Under the pieces are notes generated by a model, which did not search any database, had not been told where the DNA came from, and saw only the letters and a list, made by a program, of their open reading frames with translations. Of a stretch of 64,000 nt of DNA, positions 1 to 11,555 are shown piece after piece. The DNA comes from Zygnema circumcarinatum SAG 698-1b. Its lineage: Eukaryota; Plantae; Zygnematophyceae. The number at the start of each line of letters is the position of its first letter. Position 1 is the first letter of the stretch. Position numbers and translations under genes: made by a program. The DNA is taken from assembly GCA_037447605.1 (NCBI GenBank), contig CM074804.1, positions 7,355,909-7,419,908 of the forward strand, given 5' to 3'.

Positions 1-320
1 TTTGAGATCCCACAATGCGAACTGTATTTTCCAGTGGCCTATGTGGCACAGGACTTTTAAATGGCTCGTTGTGATGTCTCATGTATAGCATAGGCCATGC
101 TATGTTGATTGGCCAATGTGAATTCCTCATCATGAAAAGTGATTTTTTTTAATGAACAATGGGAACTGCTCTAGCTTTCGGTTTACAAGCACAGGTGCCT
201 GATAGAACAATTTGTCCTGAGATTCCCTGCAAATCTCCCGTACTTAGTGGCTGGCATAATTTTGCCTGAATGGGACTTCACGACTTCTCTCGGCTGAAAT
301 TCCCTTTGATGTGGCATCAG

Positions 321-704
321 GTTGCGACCTTGAAGGAGTCGGATGTTGAGGTGCTCTATCGTGCCCTGCTGGCTGTAGGAACGCTGGTGAGCATCGTCTT
401 TCCATACGTTTGCACAGCTCTTCTTCATGTGCTCCTTCGGGTGTTCTTATTGCCGTGATTTTGTTATCGAAAGGCAAATCTATGCTTTTGTGGGAATCCT
501 GGACACTGCGGGAGGGAAGAGTTTTGCATTGCTTTTCTTTTGTTGTTAACTTGGTCTTTCTCTCTACTCTTCCAGGTGGGGAGCGGCTCTGTCAAGAGCA
601 TCGCATTGGATCTTGATGTGAACAGCATTGTAGCTGTGGCGGAACAATCCAAAGAAGCTAAACTCGCAGAGATCGGAAAGGAGTTGCGGGCTGCTTTAAA
701 CTAA
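321..704 (+). CDS. PLAA: Last two exons (321-386, 576-704) of a phospholipase A2-activating protein / DOA1-UFD3 homologue (PUL domain C-terminus); the gene starts upstream of the window
   Basis: AG/GT-bounded exons splice in frame to VATLKESDVEVLYRALLAVGTL + VGSGSVKSIALDLDVNSIVAVAEQSKEAKLAEIGKELRAALN*. This matches the recalled plant PLAA C-terminus (fRsLvAiGTL...vkklAlDfDvesia..sKEAKi.EvG). Confidence 0.8.
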
Positions 705-2321
705 AACCTTGCTCTGGATGGTTTGTTACAAACGTCGAATTTGAACGAATAAGAAATGATGATACATTTTGCAGTAGATGCCAAAACAGAAATTGCAACA
801 TGAGGGACGGTAGTGCTTGTCTTCGTGGAAATGCAAAGCCCGGTGAGATTGAAACCAAAAAGGCACTTTAGGGTTGACGCAATATTCCTCAGCATTGTCT
901 GTTGTCAGTCGATGTGCTGCCGCTCCCCTCTTTCCTTCCAAGGTCGAAGGTCAGCACACGGTTTCCTTATGGTATTTCCTCCTTTGCCTAAGGGACGTGC
1001 TTAGGAAATTCAACGAGTGGTTGCTGTGGGAAGTGGGCCCTTGTGCCACTCAAAAGGAATGACCATGGAGCTCTCTGTGAGATGCATCACAAATGCGTCC
1101 TACAGGCAAACGCTGACAGCCCGAGGCACACCATTTTCCAGCCTTCTCCAGACTCTGTTTAAACAGCACAGACTCTGGCACCCGCAGCTAATGCGAGACG
1201 GACTAACATTCTCGCCATGCTTGGTTTTCGAAATACTTCTGAGAAATGATTCTACGATTTTTCAGTCATAAGGGGGATGAGCGTGAGCTATGCGAGTCAT
1301 TGCTACTCAGTCCTCACCCAGCCTCAGTTCATCACGAGGAATTAATTGTTAAGGCACAACACAAGCTGCAGTCTTCCAACCACCGATGTGTGGCAGTGCA
1401 TCATACCATTACACTTAAGAGGGCATTCTTCCACAATTCGCGTGCATCCAGGAAATATTTGCATGCACTGGACAATGGGAAGCGCCTCTATGTGATCAGC
1501 AAGCAGCACATAGCAGACCGGTATGAGAGCGAAGTCGTGCCAATTGATTTCTTAACAGAATGATCTCAAAGTGGTCACACATTTCTCTTTTAAGAAGCAT
1601 AATCATGACATGCATTGTAATACAACGGTGTTTAACTTCAACAAAATAGCAAATCGCTATTTCAAGGGACAAAAAGGGAAAGTGATGTGGCCAAAAGGTA
1701 AGCCAAACACTCGACAACTTGAAGAGGAAAGTGGGTCATCCAAAACCAAGTAATTCACATGGCTTCCATGATCCACCCCCCACTCTCTTACTGAAAGAGA
1801 GAAAATATTCCATAACAAAGGTCAATCAAAGAAAAGACGAAACAAAAGGTTGACTTGAACTGCCACCCCTTAGACTGACCACCTTTGACCGACCCTGAAA
1901 TGTTTGACTTTCACTATCACTTGGCGACAAAGCATTGGCAAAGCCAATAAACAGATTGGACCTACTCCTAAAAAGCATGCAATAAATATTTACAATCGTG
2001 CCCAAAGCAAGTACCACTCCATTTTCACTCTTTCCAAGCCTTGCATCCGCGTGCAGCCGGAGGCTACAACCACCTCATTGTCACAAACATTCTAACTTAT
2101 TGGCCAGTCGCCCACTTATTGAGCTCTTCAATTTCTCCGCCCGCTTCCCTGCAACGTGCCGAACAATCCACCGTCCTCTCGACTTCTCTGCGGGCCGCTT
2201 TTGGCCTTATTTGTGCATGAGGAGAGTCGAACCCAAAGGGGTTCTCTTCGACATACCAAACATTAACGAATGTGGAGTACTCTCACCGTCCTTTCAAAAG
2301 TACCCCAATCTTTTTTTGCTC

Positions 2322-5300
2322 CTATCGATAGTAAGAACAAAACGACGTCGTCTGATTTCCTTGCGCCCATTTCTTGAATTCGGGCGATCGAACCAAATCG
2401 CCGAGAGCTGCCTGCGTGCAAGCTTGCGAGATGTAGGCCGCTTCTTGTGGGCTTCGGAATTTTCGATGTTTAGAGCCATGGAACGTCGAGACGAATGCTT
2501 GCTCTTGGATATGCATGGGAATGAAATCTTTCCCATAGTCAGCTGCATAAAAACCAAAACAAAATTCAGTTCAAGCACAAACACAAGTACCAGCAAAGAA
2601 CGAGAACAGTATGAGACTTTCTCTTATGAGAAAAAAGATTGGCACATCGTAAAAAAAATGAGCAGCCACATCCAAGTTGAATGCAAACTCGATTTCAACT
2701 GACATCACATCTCAATCCCTCGGAAACAACTGACTTCAATTGCATCTTGCATACAACAATCAAAAGACGACCGGTGTTGTTTTATGAAGACCTACCGCCA
2801 ATTGCAGGATCAAAACTGTTTTGCTCACAAGTACTCCTTTGCTTGGTCAGTCTCCTGCACATAGCGCAAACGTACAAGAGTAAAAAGAGAGAAAATACTA
2901 CATCCGACACAACGAGCCTCAAAAACATAAAAATGTCTCGTTTGAATTGCCCGATTCCCCAAACATGGTTCAGCTACAAGCCAGAAATAATAAAAGGCAG
3001 TTTAGCTGGGACATACCAAAGTTGTACATGAAGCAACTGCGAGGCGATAACCACCAGTAGAACGGCAAAAGTAGAGTCTTCTAGATCGTGAGAACTCTGC
3101 AATTCCCATATGAAAATATCAGAAGTGAGGACATCACTGGACACATTGAAATTGTAACATTCAATCAAACATTCCACCTATAGTCGAAATTTTCACCTCA
3201 AATTGAAAAAAAAAAAAAGCATAACTTCCTCTGATGAAGCAGCCGTATTCAACAAAAGAGAAAGGGAAAGAATTACCTGACTGAGGAGAGCTATAGCCAC
3301 AATGCGCATTGCCCACTTCACGAATTCAGCAATTGAAGGAGTTATTGCGCCTTCGGGCGTCAATATGATACTCCGAGTAGTCCAGAATCCGAGCCCAGCT
3401 CCAATCAAAAGAAACATAACGATCGATAATATAAGGATCTGCACAGAAATTAAAACCAATAAAAAAAAATGTTAATAATGTCAATTCTTTTTGTCGCAAT
3501 CCTATGTTGGAAGGCAAAAGAATGGGCAGAAGCAACTTACCGAAGTGGCTGCCTCTCCACTTCCGCTTGAACTTTGCATTGCATCGAATGCTTGAAACAA
3601 GAAATAGAGTTGTCCAATGTAACCGATTCCCGACTGCCATAAAATCACAAAACGGAACAGAAATCCCACATTTTAGCACATCTTTCCGAAAGCTACGATG
3701 ACGAAACCGATAGCCAAGCTGAGGATTCACCAATCAGTTCCAGATTGAAATGCGCAATACATCGCAATCTGAAACCAATGTAATCAACCAATCAGTTAAA
3801 CTTGAAATCAGTTTTCCTCCATCCGAATGATGCATTGACTGCTTAGTAACTTTCTAGAAAACGTAACAAGACATTTCAAAGTAGCGACAGGATGATGATG
3901 ACGCGTGACACAAAGTTAGCAACTTACAAAGGACCCCAAAAATAGAATATTCCAGATGCCTTGCCCAATAGTCGGCGCTTGTCGAAAGGCCTGCAAACAT
4001 ACCCTCTTACAGCCCAAATTAATCCTGAGTACCAAAATGTGTGCCGGTTAGCAATTGAAATTGAGTGGTTGGATGGATCAAGAGCTCAAAACACTCACGG
4101 ATCTAGAAACATGACAACATGCTTTAAATGGTTGAAGCAAATACCTTATATGGTATAATGAATGCAATAAAAGCTACTCCAAAAAGCATTCCGCTGCTGT
4201 AATAAAACAGCAGCCACTCGCTTAAAATCGGAGCCGTCAAGAACAAGAAGATGCCGAACATGAAGAGATATACACGATAAATACAGAATTCTGCAAACAC
4301 CGCAATTGCCCACACAGAAAAATAAGGATCAGCCTGAAACCCAAGCAACGAAATGTCTATCGATCTACTCCAAAAAAAGAACACTGTTTCTCTTCTTCAA
4401 AGCCTGCCCTGCAAGGCTGTACAGGTGAAAGTTGTCAACACGCACCTTCTGTGAGTTGCAGCTGTAACTTGGCATCCGAAAGTCCTCCGTTTAACGGAAT
4501 CTTAATGTCCACATAAGTAACTTCAGAATGGTACACAAGGAAAGTCAAGGCTACCGTCTTTTTTAAAGGAATCCAAGCACCAATGCACGAGCCCATTTCA
4601 ATGCTCTCATTCCTGCAACAAAAAGGCGAGAAACGACAAGAAAAAACAGCAAGTAAACTGTTAAACTAATGTAAATGACAAACAATTTTAACAAAATGAG
4701 GCAAAGTTCCTGATCCTGTCGTTAAACAGAACGACTGAAGACTTTTCTGAAAGCAAAGGAAACGCGCAAGAATCCACGATGCCCTTTGCACTAGTAATAG
4801 CATGCCAGGCCACGAAAGAGAAGCCAAAAAAAGCACGGCATGCAGTGAGCTCACCTGTGCAGACAGACCTCGGCACTCGAGGAAGTCGTCAGCAACCGGC
4901 CGAAATATGAAGCCTTCGTCTCATCGTTGAACGATGCAATCACCTTGCTGACGGAAAAATATTTCATTGCACGCGTATGGAGCGAGCAAGCAGGGACTTT
5001 GAATCGAATAACAGTCTGCAATGGATTCTGATTCGCTCCGTACACGTATCTTGATTCCAGAATTTCAATTGGAGCACTTACAGAAAGGCCACCTGGATGC
5101 CACGAAAGCAGATAAAGGTTCAAACTTTTGTGGACTATATTCTTGCAACGGAGCAAGATCTTGACAAAAGCTTAAAAGCAGTCTGAAAACAGCCAGTTTC
5201 TTACAGCAGAAGACACCACAAGGAATCTAAAAACTGCGCCTTTCCTAAGCAGCATCTTGCAATTGTTGCTGCTGCTCCCATCAAGCAACGGTCAAGCAAC

Positions 5301-5440
5301 GGAAAGCGCGGCAGACAAGCACAACTGAGCTCACCTGTTTCTACGAACGTTGGCATGTCTTCAGACTCCGACACAACGTCTCCACGCGCCAAAGGCACGC
5401 AGAGGAGTAAGAAAGCGAGAAAACACGATGCGAACGCCAT
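2322..5440 (-). CDS. NEMP: Nuclear envelope integral membrane protein (NEMP/TMEM194, DUF2215), multi-exon
   Basis: Exon 1 (5440-5335) MAFASCFLAFLLLCVPLARGD is signal-peptide-like and has a GTGAGC donor. Internal exons read LFLTAPILSEWLLFYYSSGMLFG and GAGLGFWTTRSIILTPEGAITPSIAEFVKWAMRIVA. The last exon (2542-2322) reads FVSTFHGSKHRKF...TQAALGDLVRSPEFKKWA. All are typical plant NEMP motifs. Confidence 0.85.
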
Positions 5441-5610
5441 GGATGGAAAGCAGAAGGGCAGAAGCAGCAGCAGCGCTCAGCAGCGCTCAGCAGCGCTCGC
5501 CTGAGGGGAAGATGAAGAATGCAGCAGGGGCCGAGGCCGAGCGCCTTTTGGCTCCCGGGCCGTGCCAGGGAAGGCTACCTACCAGCCTGCGGACGACGAA
5601 TCCTGTCCGT

Positions 5611-5768
5611 CCGTTGGTCCCGCAACGACCCGATAAGATTGGGACTGAGCCCGCCGTTCGATGACGGCGAAGCTGACGTGGCCGTTCGATGTGAACGGAA
5701 CTGCCTCCACTCTTCGATGTCTTAAATAATTTCACGCCGTTCGATATATGCGAAGCAGCGGAACCGTT
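5611..5768. promoter_or_regulatory. Cluster of MSA-like (AACGG/CCGTT) cores in the NEMP-SPC24 divergent promoter
   Basis: Cores at 5611, 5654, 5682, 5694, 5737 and 5764, three of them inside a repeated GCCGTTCGAT. A canonical CTCCAACGG lies at 6141-6149. Confidence 0.55.
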
Positions 5769-6421
5769 TGATGTAACCGTCACTATGTAATGCCTAGGGG
5801 AAGACCACAAGAGACTACTCGTGCCACATCATCATCCATTTCTTCAACCTCTCTCGTGCGTGCTAAGGGACGGAAAAGGGGGGGGGAATGTGGCATTGAT
5901 CTCACGATGGCGATGATGCCATCAAATGTACTGTACATGCACAAAATCAGCACGGGGAACCACGAGGAACTGGTCGCAAAGGAACTAAGCACAAAAAAAA
6001 AAGCTTGGGGTCGCATCGGCCAACACAACATCCCCAAAAAATGGGGCGAGCACCGGCAGAAGGAAAAGCGCAGAATGAAAAAATGTATGCTCTAAGGCAC
6101 AGGCGCCGAGGGCCGAGGGGGCTAACTTTGTAATTTTTTTCTCCAACGGGTGTGACTGAATTTCTGTTGTTTGGACTTCCAATCGTTGCTCAAAAATTCG
6201 TGTTCAAAGGCGTCGCCCGCGTCTGCAGGTCGTCCGTCCGTACGCGTTGGCTGGGCGCCAGCCCTCCTCCCTGGCAGGAGACGAGCTCGCCTCCCTATGT
6301 TGCGTTTATGGGCGATTGAAGCCACTGTAGTATGAAGGGAATGTGGAGGTGGACGTGAGCGGAAATGATATACGGTTTGTAGTTGGGTGTCGTGACGAGT
6401 TTCTGAGCAGGAAGACGGCGG

Positions 6422-8339
6422 ATGATGGAAAACACCGAGAGGATTCTGGATGATCTTTTGCAGCGGTTTCAGAGCAGGGATGACAGCCAGGCAGTGGTCG
6501 ACGTGCAGAGGCAGGTCAGGGAACTGCTCACACGGTCTGACAAGCGGGAGGCGCAAATAAGGCGGGAATTGCAAGGTATTGTGAATGTTGCCTTGGGAAG
6601 TCAAGTTCTGATGGTTTTCACTTTCTTTTATTCGGACTAATCGACAAATAGCTGAAGTTATTAAAATCAAGAATGATTTTTTCCTTGAACAATTTTCAAA
6701 CGAGGCATTGAACGTTCTTCTTGGATGAAAGTGACCATGCTCTGGAACCAGCATTCTGTCGTACAGGGAGATTAACCTGCAATTCTCTAAAGAAATTTAG
6801 ATGTGTATTAGTGTAGGGGCATTCCTACTCGCTGGATATAGGATTACCGATTTGAGATTTCCTAAAATGTTTAAGTTTGATGCTTGCCTTGTCCAGAACT
6901 GCGGCAAGCTGTGAAGGTCAAGAAGCAAAGTATCGCGTCTGATTCCGAGGAGGCGTTCGAGCAGGGTTTATCTGATATGCAGACGAAACGGAAGGAGTTG
7001 CAAGGAAGTATACTTAAGATGAAGGATGAGGCAATATATCCTTTTCAATTGACGAAAGGTCTTTTTGACAATAAAACTGATTGGTGTGAACCTTCCATTC
7101 TACCTTTTTGCAGCTTGAGCAAGGCAGCAGGTCTGTTTGTATTGTTGGATACTCTCAAATTTCGCCTCCTGAGGTGTTCGCTCGCTACTTTCAAACTTGT
7201 AGAGGAGCAGCACATTGAGACATGGTCCCGTTAACTCAGCCCCGCACAGATTTGGAGGAGCTTTTACATGGTCTCGACGAGCAGGCCAGCTCTTTACAGC
7301 GACGTCGAAAGCGCTTGGAGAGCCTTACCAGGGAACAAATGCCTCGTACATTGTAAGTTGTTCTTTCATTAATTGCCTTTTAAAGATTGCAGGTGTTCTT
7401 GAGTCACAGTGCATTATGTCGCTATCAGCTTTATGGCGAATTTTACCATGGTTAAGATTGTAGTGTTTTTGGCCCTGTCGGCATCTTTAGACGACAGGGC
7501 CGATTCCTTTGAGGACAACTCTTCACGGGAAACGTTTTGCAGGTATGAAGTAAGCCTCTACGGAAACATCAGCAGCCTTATTTGGGACGACACTGACCCA
7601 AACTCTGCCAAGGGCTGTATCCTTCTGCATGTTTTCATTTGTCAATAGTCTATCGGACAGCTGAACTGAATCAGACTGTCTGCCCGGAATTTTTTGGCGA
7701 AGCCATGAGATAGTTATTCCCGTCTTGGTCATTCATCCGAACCCAACGTAGGAACATATCAATCCCTTACTTGGTTGTCAGCCTTCATTCCGAACTTTGG
7801 AGGACTGAAAGTGGCTGTCTGATCCTGTCGCGGTGTAGTGTTTGGGGAAAATAAAAATTTAACTGAACAGTTTTTACTGGTTTTATCTTCTTACGAGCAC
7901 TCTCACTCTTCCAGTACTGTGGTATCCATATTACAGGCACAGAAGACTTAACTTTTATAAGCCTGGAGGAAGTACTTATGTTGTTTCGTGTAATCTGTAA
8001 ACTGGTGGGCATAAGTTCTCGCTGCATGGACAGGCTCGGGCTCTCTGCATTTAGACTAAGTCAATTCTAGCAAAATGGTACCACTTACAGAACGAGGACT
8101 GCTGGTGTCATCAGAATACCAATCCTCGGCCTCCTTAACGAATGTCCAAATCCAGTCATCAGTTTCAAATTCATGTTTGTGTCAGTCTCAGCCCAGTTCA
8201 TGAAGTGCCTTGACCATATTCAGGTATCACTCACGGAGGTGCCCAAATAACGATTTTCTCGGCCCAAGGGGACACTTCGGACTTCGCGATTTGCAACTCC
8301 CTGTGGGATGCAATCTCCCCTAGCCCTTCCACCATTTGA
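6422..8339 (+). CDS. SPC24: Kinetochore NDC80-complex subunit Spc24-like, multi-exon
   Basis: Coiled-coil exons (MENTERILDDLLQRF..., ELRQAVKVKKQ..., DLEELLHGLDEQASSLQRRRKRLESL) precede QMPRTLYEVSLYGNISSLIWDDTDPNSAKG. A phase-matched last exon (8224-8339) reads CITHGGAQITIFSAQGDTSDFAICNSLWDAISPSPSTI*, fitting the Spc24 C-terminal LY...I...CN.LW pattern. The junction near 7030-7240 is uncertain. Confidence 0.7.
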
Positions 8340-8835
8340 GTTCTGCAAAACTTTGTGACATGTCCTGCATGATGAAGCCCTCTGTTCGGTGTGAGAGGAC
8401 GGAGCCAAGACCTTCAGCACCCTGTTCAATCCCATCTTCCTTCAACATTTGGAGCCAGAGGAAGTCAGAGAAAGAGTGACGGCTGGGAAAAGGAAGGGGT
8501 AGAGGGAGCGGGAGAGCCTGGTAGCGAATAGTATTATTTTGCTATGTTGAAGGGCAATTTGTTTCTGATATACTGTATTATATTTTGAACAAGAGAAACA
8601 ACCCACACTTTATTCCCAACCAATAATTACTTAACTCCGTTGGTGATTCCTGCAAGTTGCGTTGCGTTGATTGAGAAAGCGTCAACACTATTATTAATAA
8701 TCCAAGCGGCAAACCAATCCAAGCCAACATATCCCTACACTTTGTACATGTAAGCTACACAAAGCAGAGCCAATACTTGATCCAACTTTGAATCCCACAT
8801 TGTTCGCGGTCACAGAAGGGGAAGGACTGCCGTCT

Positions 8836-10440
8836 TCACTCTGCCTCTATGTCAATGATGTTCGGATCGTTCTTGTTGAAGGTCTGCCCGGGCTGCCACA
8901 CGATCTGCCGACAGCGAGCGCACGCGAGCACGGCCGTCTTGGGTCCCGTGTAGGGCAGTCCGCAGTTCTGGCACGAGCCCTGCACACCTCGCTCGCCCAA
9001 TGTCTCCATGAATCCACGGTGAGGGCAAACAACGAGGGGAAGCTCAGCAGCTGAGCCCGGAAAGAACAAAAACCGACAACAGGCAAACATACATGGACTA
9101 TCTTTTCAGTAAAACGCACCAAAGATGGAGCATCATGTGCTGAGAGGTTGGGAGACTTCCAAAACAGTTTCAAGTCAGATGGGTGAGAGCGAGGCATGCC
9201 TGAACAAACGAATCGCGTATGAATAGTCGTAGAAAGAAGGGTAGAAGCGGCAGAATCCACAAGCTCCAGACAATAATTCGGAAGAGCCATCCAGAAAGTG
9301 CAAGCCAAGCGAACAAGCACACCTGAAGGACAAGAAAATGTGTCAATAAGGTGCATCGAATCAAAGGAAGGTTGATGAAGGACTAACATAATAGAAAGAG
9401 ATATGAAATTTAACTTTACAGATAACAAACTGTTCTTCAAAAAGTTCCTGGGTTTTGCTGAAAATGACGGACTATCTGTGATTGAAAAGCACAGCGAGGC
9501 TCAGGGCTTCGCTGTAGTCCCTAAAAAATCATATCGTGAGAGAAAGAAATACTTACCCCTAGGAACTGGCCGCCCGGAGTATTCATGAAAATTCTCAGTT
9601 GCCTTTGATACTGTCAACAAGACAACATAAACATATCAGTAAATACATAGCAGTTTCCAGAAGGGATATGCCTTTGATGACTGCAAGTAAGAATATCGGG
9701 ATATTCCATTAATCTTGTAATAAGAGGTCCGAAAAAAAGCATGGCTTAACAACAGAAAAACTCGCAACTGCAGTTGACGAGCGTGACTCGAACGGCGAAG
9801 GGCTCACTGATTCTACGAGTCAGACTCCAGAACAGGTTAAGTGATGAATATAGTTTACCATTGGCATTTTCAGTCTCAAGTCTGTACTGAATTCCTGCAG
9901 CCTTCGCCTGATTCCGAAGCTTCGATCGACAGTCTCAGCTTTGTCGGCAAAGGAATCTGCAAACCGTCTCGCCTTCTCCGACACCTTGTACTTCATGTTG
10001 AGCCTAGCCCCTTCTCTCTTAAGATTATACTCTAATTCCTCATACTTCTCCCCTGCCGTTACGAACAGCTGCTTAGCCTTCCCGGTGAGGTCGTTTCTGC
10101 GCTCAAACCTAGAAGCCTCGTATTTTGCGGAATCAAACAAATCAGCTGCTTTTTCTGACAGAGCTTGTGCGACCTTTGCAGAATTCCGCCTCAAAGAATC
10201 TGCTGTTTCTCTCGCTCGATCTTGAAAGCTGTCACCACCCCTTGCTGCAGCCAAAACAAGCGGCTGGCCCCTGCGAAGCACCAGCCTGCATGGCGTCCTG
10301 TCCAAGCCAGGCAACCCCACTACCACCTTGCTAGGGTAAGCGCTCGACCTCAAGCCAACTCCAACTCGATTGACATTCCCACCAGATGCTGGAGCCACTC
10401 CCTGCAGCATAGCTCCACAACAAGCTCCTTCTCCCGGCAT
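8836..10440 (-). CDS. Conserved plastid-type protein of unknown function (At2g44870-like; TM segment plus CxxC...CxxC C-terminus)
   Basis: Exons 10440-9859, ~9610-9557 (YQRQLRIFMNTPGGQFLG), ~9322-9200 (VCLFAWLALSGWLFRIIVWSLWILP) and 8979-8836 (GSCQNC...CARCRQIVWQP...DPNIIDIEAE*). The N-terminus is transit-peptide-like, and the start could instead be ATG 10506. Confidence 0.7.
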
Positions 10441-11555
10441 GGTACTCCCCTCCTCCCTCCTCTCCCCTACCCTCCACTCCCACGCCGCTCTCCCAACTCC
10501 ACTCAATCACCTTCTCAAACTCACCAAAAGCTTCTCAACCTGCTTGCCTCCCTGGCCCCCCTGCTACCTCTACACCCACAGCCCCTTCAAATTGAGCCTT
10601 TCTTTCCAGCCTTTCTCTGCTTCTAACCTCCCCTCCCTCCTGCTCCTCTCTCTCACCTCCCTGACCAGGCCACTCCCTCTTCCCTCTGAAGGCCGCCCTC
10701 GCCTCGAATGTTCCGTGGCCCCCGCAAGCCAACACTGTACGGGATCCCAGCAGGACCAGAAACCAGAATTAATACTCTTTGGATTCGAATTTTGCGCAGT
10801 CTCGGTTGAAAACATAATCAACGCAGTACGGATTCCGTGTTCCGCGGCCAACGGCACATGGAGGGGTCTCTAGGGGAGGTAGAGGGCCTGCTCAGGAGGG
10901 CGAGCGGCAAGGGCGAGGGGTCGGGTGGGGATCGTCCCGCCATGGCTGCCGAGAGGGAAGGAGGCGCGGCGATGAAGGACGTGAGGGAATGAGGCGAGGC
11001 GGTGGACTGCAAGGTAAGCGGTTTTTCGGGCTGGTCATGGTTGGGTTTCATGGCGGTTTCGGAAAGTTAGGGTTTGGGGGAGTGAGCAGGGAGGGAGTGA
11101 CGGGCTACTGGAGAGGAGGGAGAGAGAGCCGACTGAGCACGGGTGGTAGGAGGATGTCGCAGGGCTTTGGATTGACTGAGCAAGTGCGGGAGCACTGAGA
11201 AATATGAACGAAGAGGAGGGTGAATGGGGGCCTCTGGTTGCAAAGGAGGGTGACAATGGAAGTTTGAAGGTTGGGTTTCGATGCAGTAGTGGTGCTTTTT
11301 ATCGGATGTCTCTAGAGAACTGAAGAAACGGATTTATTGAAAGAGGTCGCCCCAAGAACTAGGTTTCCAGAGGGTTTGTGGGCGTCTGTTCAAGTGACAT
11401 GTCGTCTTCTGGTTCATTTTGCAGGAGTGGAGTGGGTTGTGCCGGTAGTCTTCAAAGTGGTCGTTTGAATGATATTTTAGGAAGGGCAGCCGTAGCAGAG
11501 TTCAAAGCCTGAATGCCAGACAGAGCTCGACCGTTTCTGGACTGCTTCGTCCAGC

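Noticed and set aside
1017-1753. Short + strand ORFs between PLAA and NEMP (possible degenerate retroelement)
   Set aside because: I recognised no RT, RNase H or transposase motif, and the frames are interrupted by stops.
1998-2702. 234-aa + strand ORF
   Set aside because: It is antisense to the NEMP last exon and 3' region, with no recognisable domain.
6235-6247. 13-bp match CGTCCGTACGCGT shared with 62506-62518
   Set aside because: Matches of this length are expected by chance in 64 kb.
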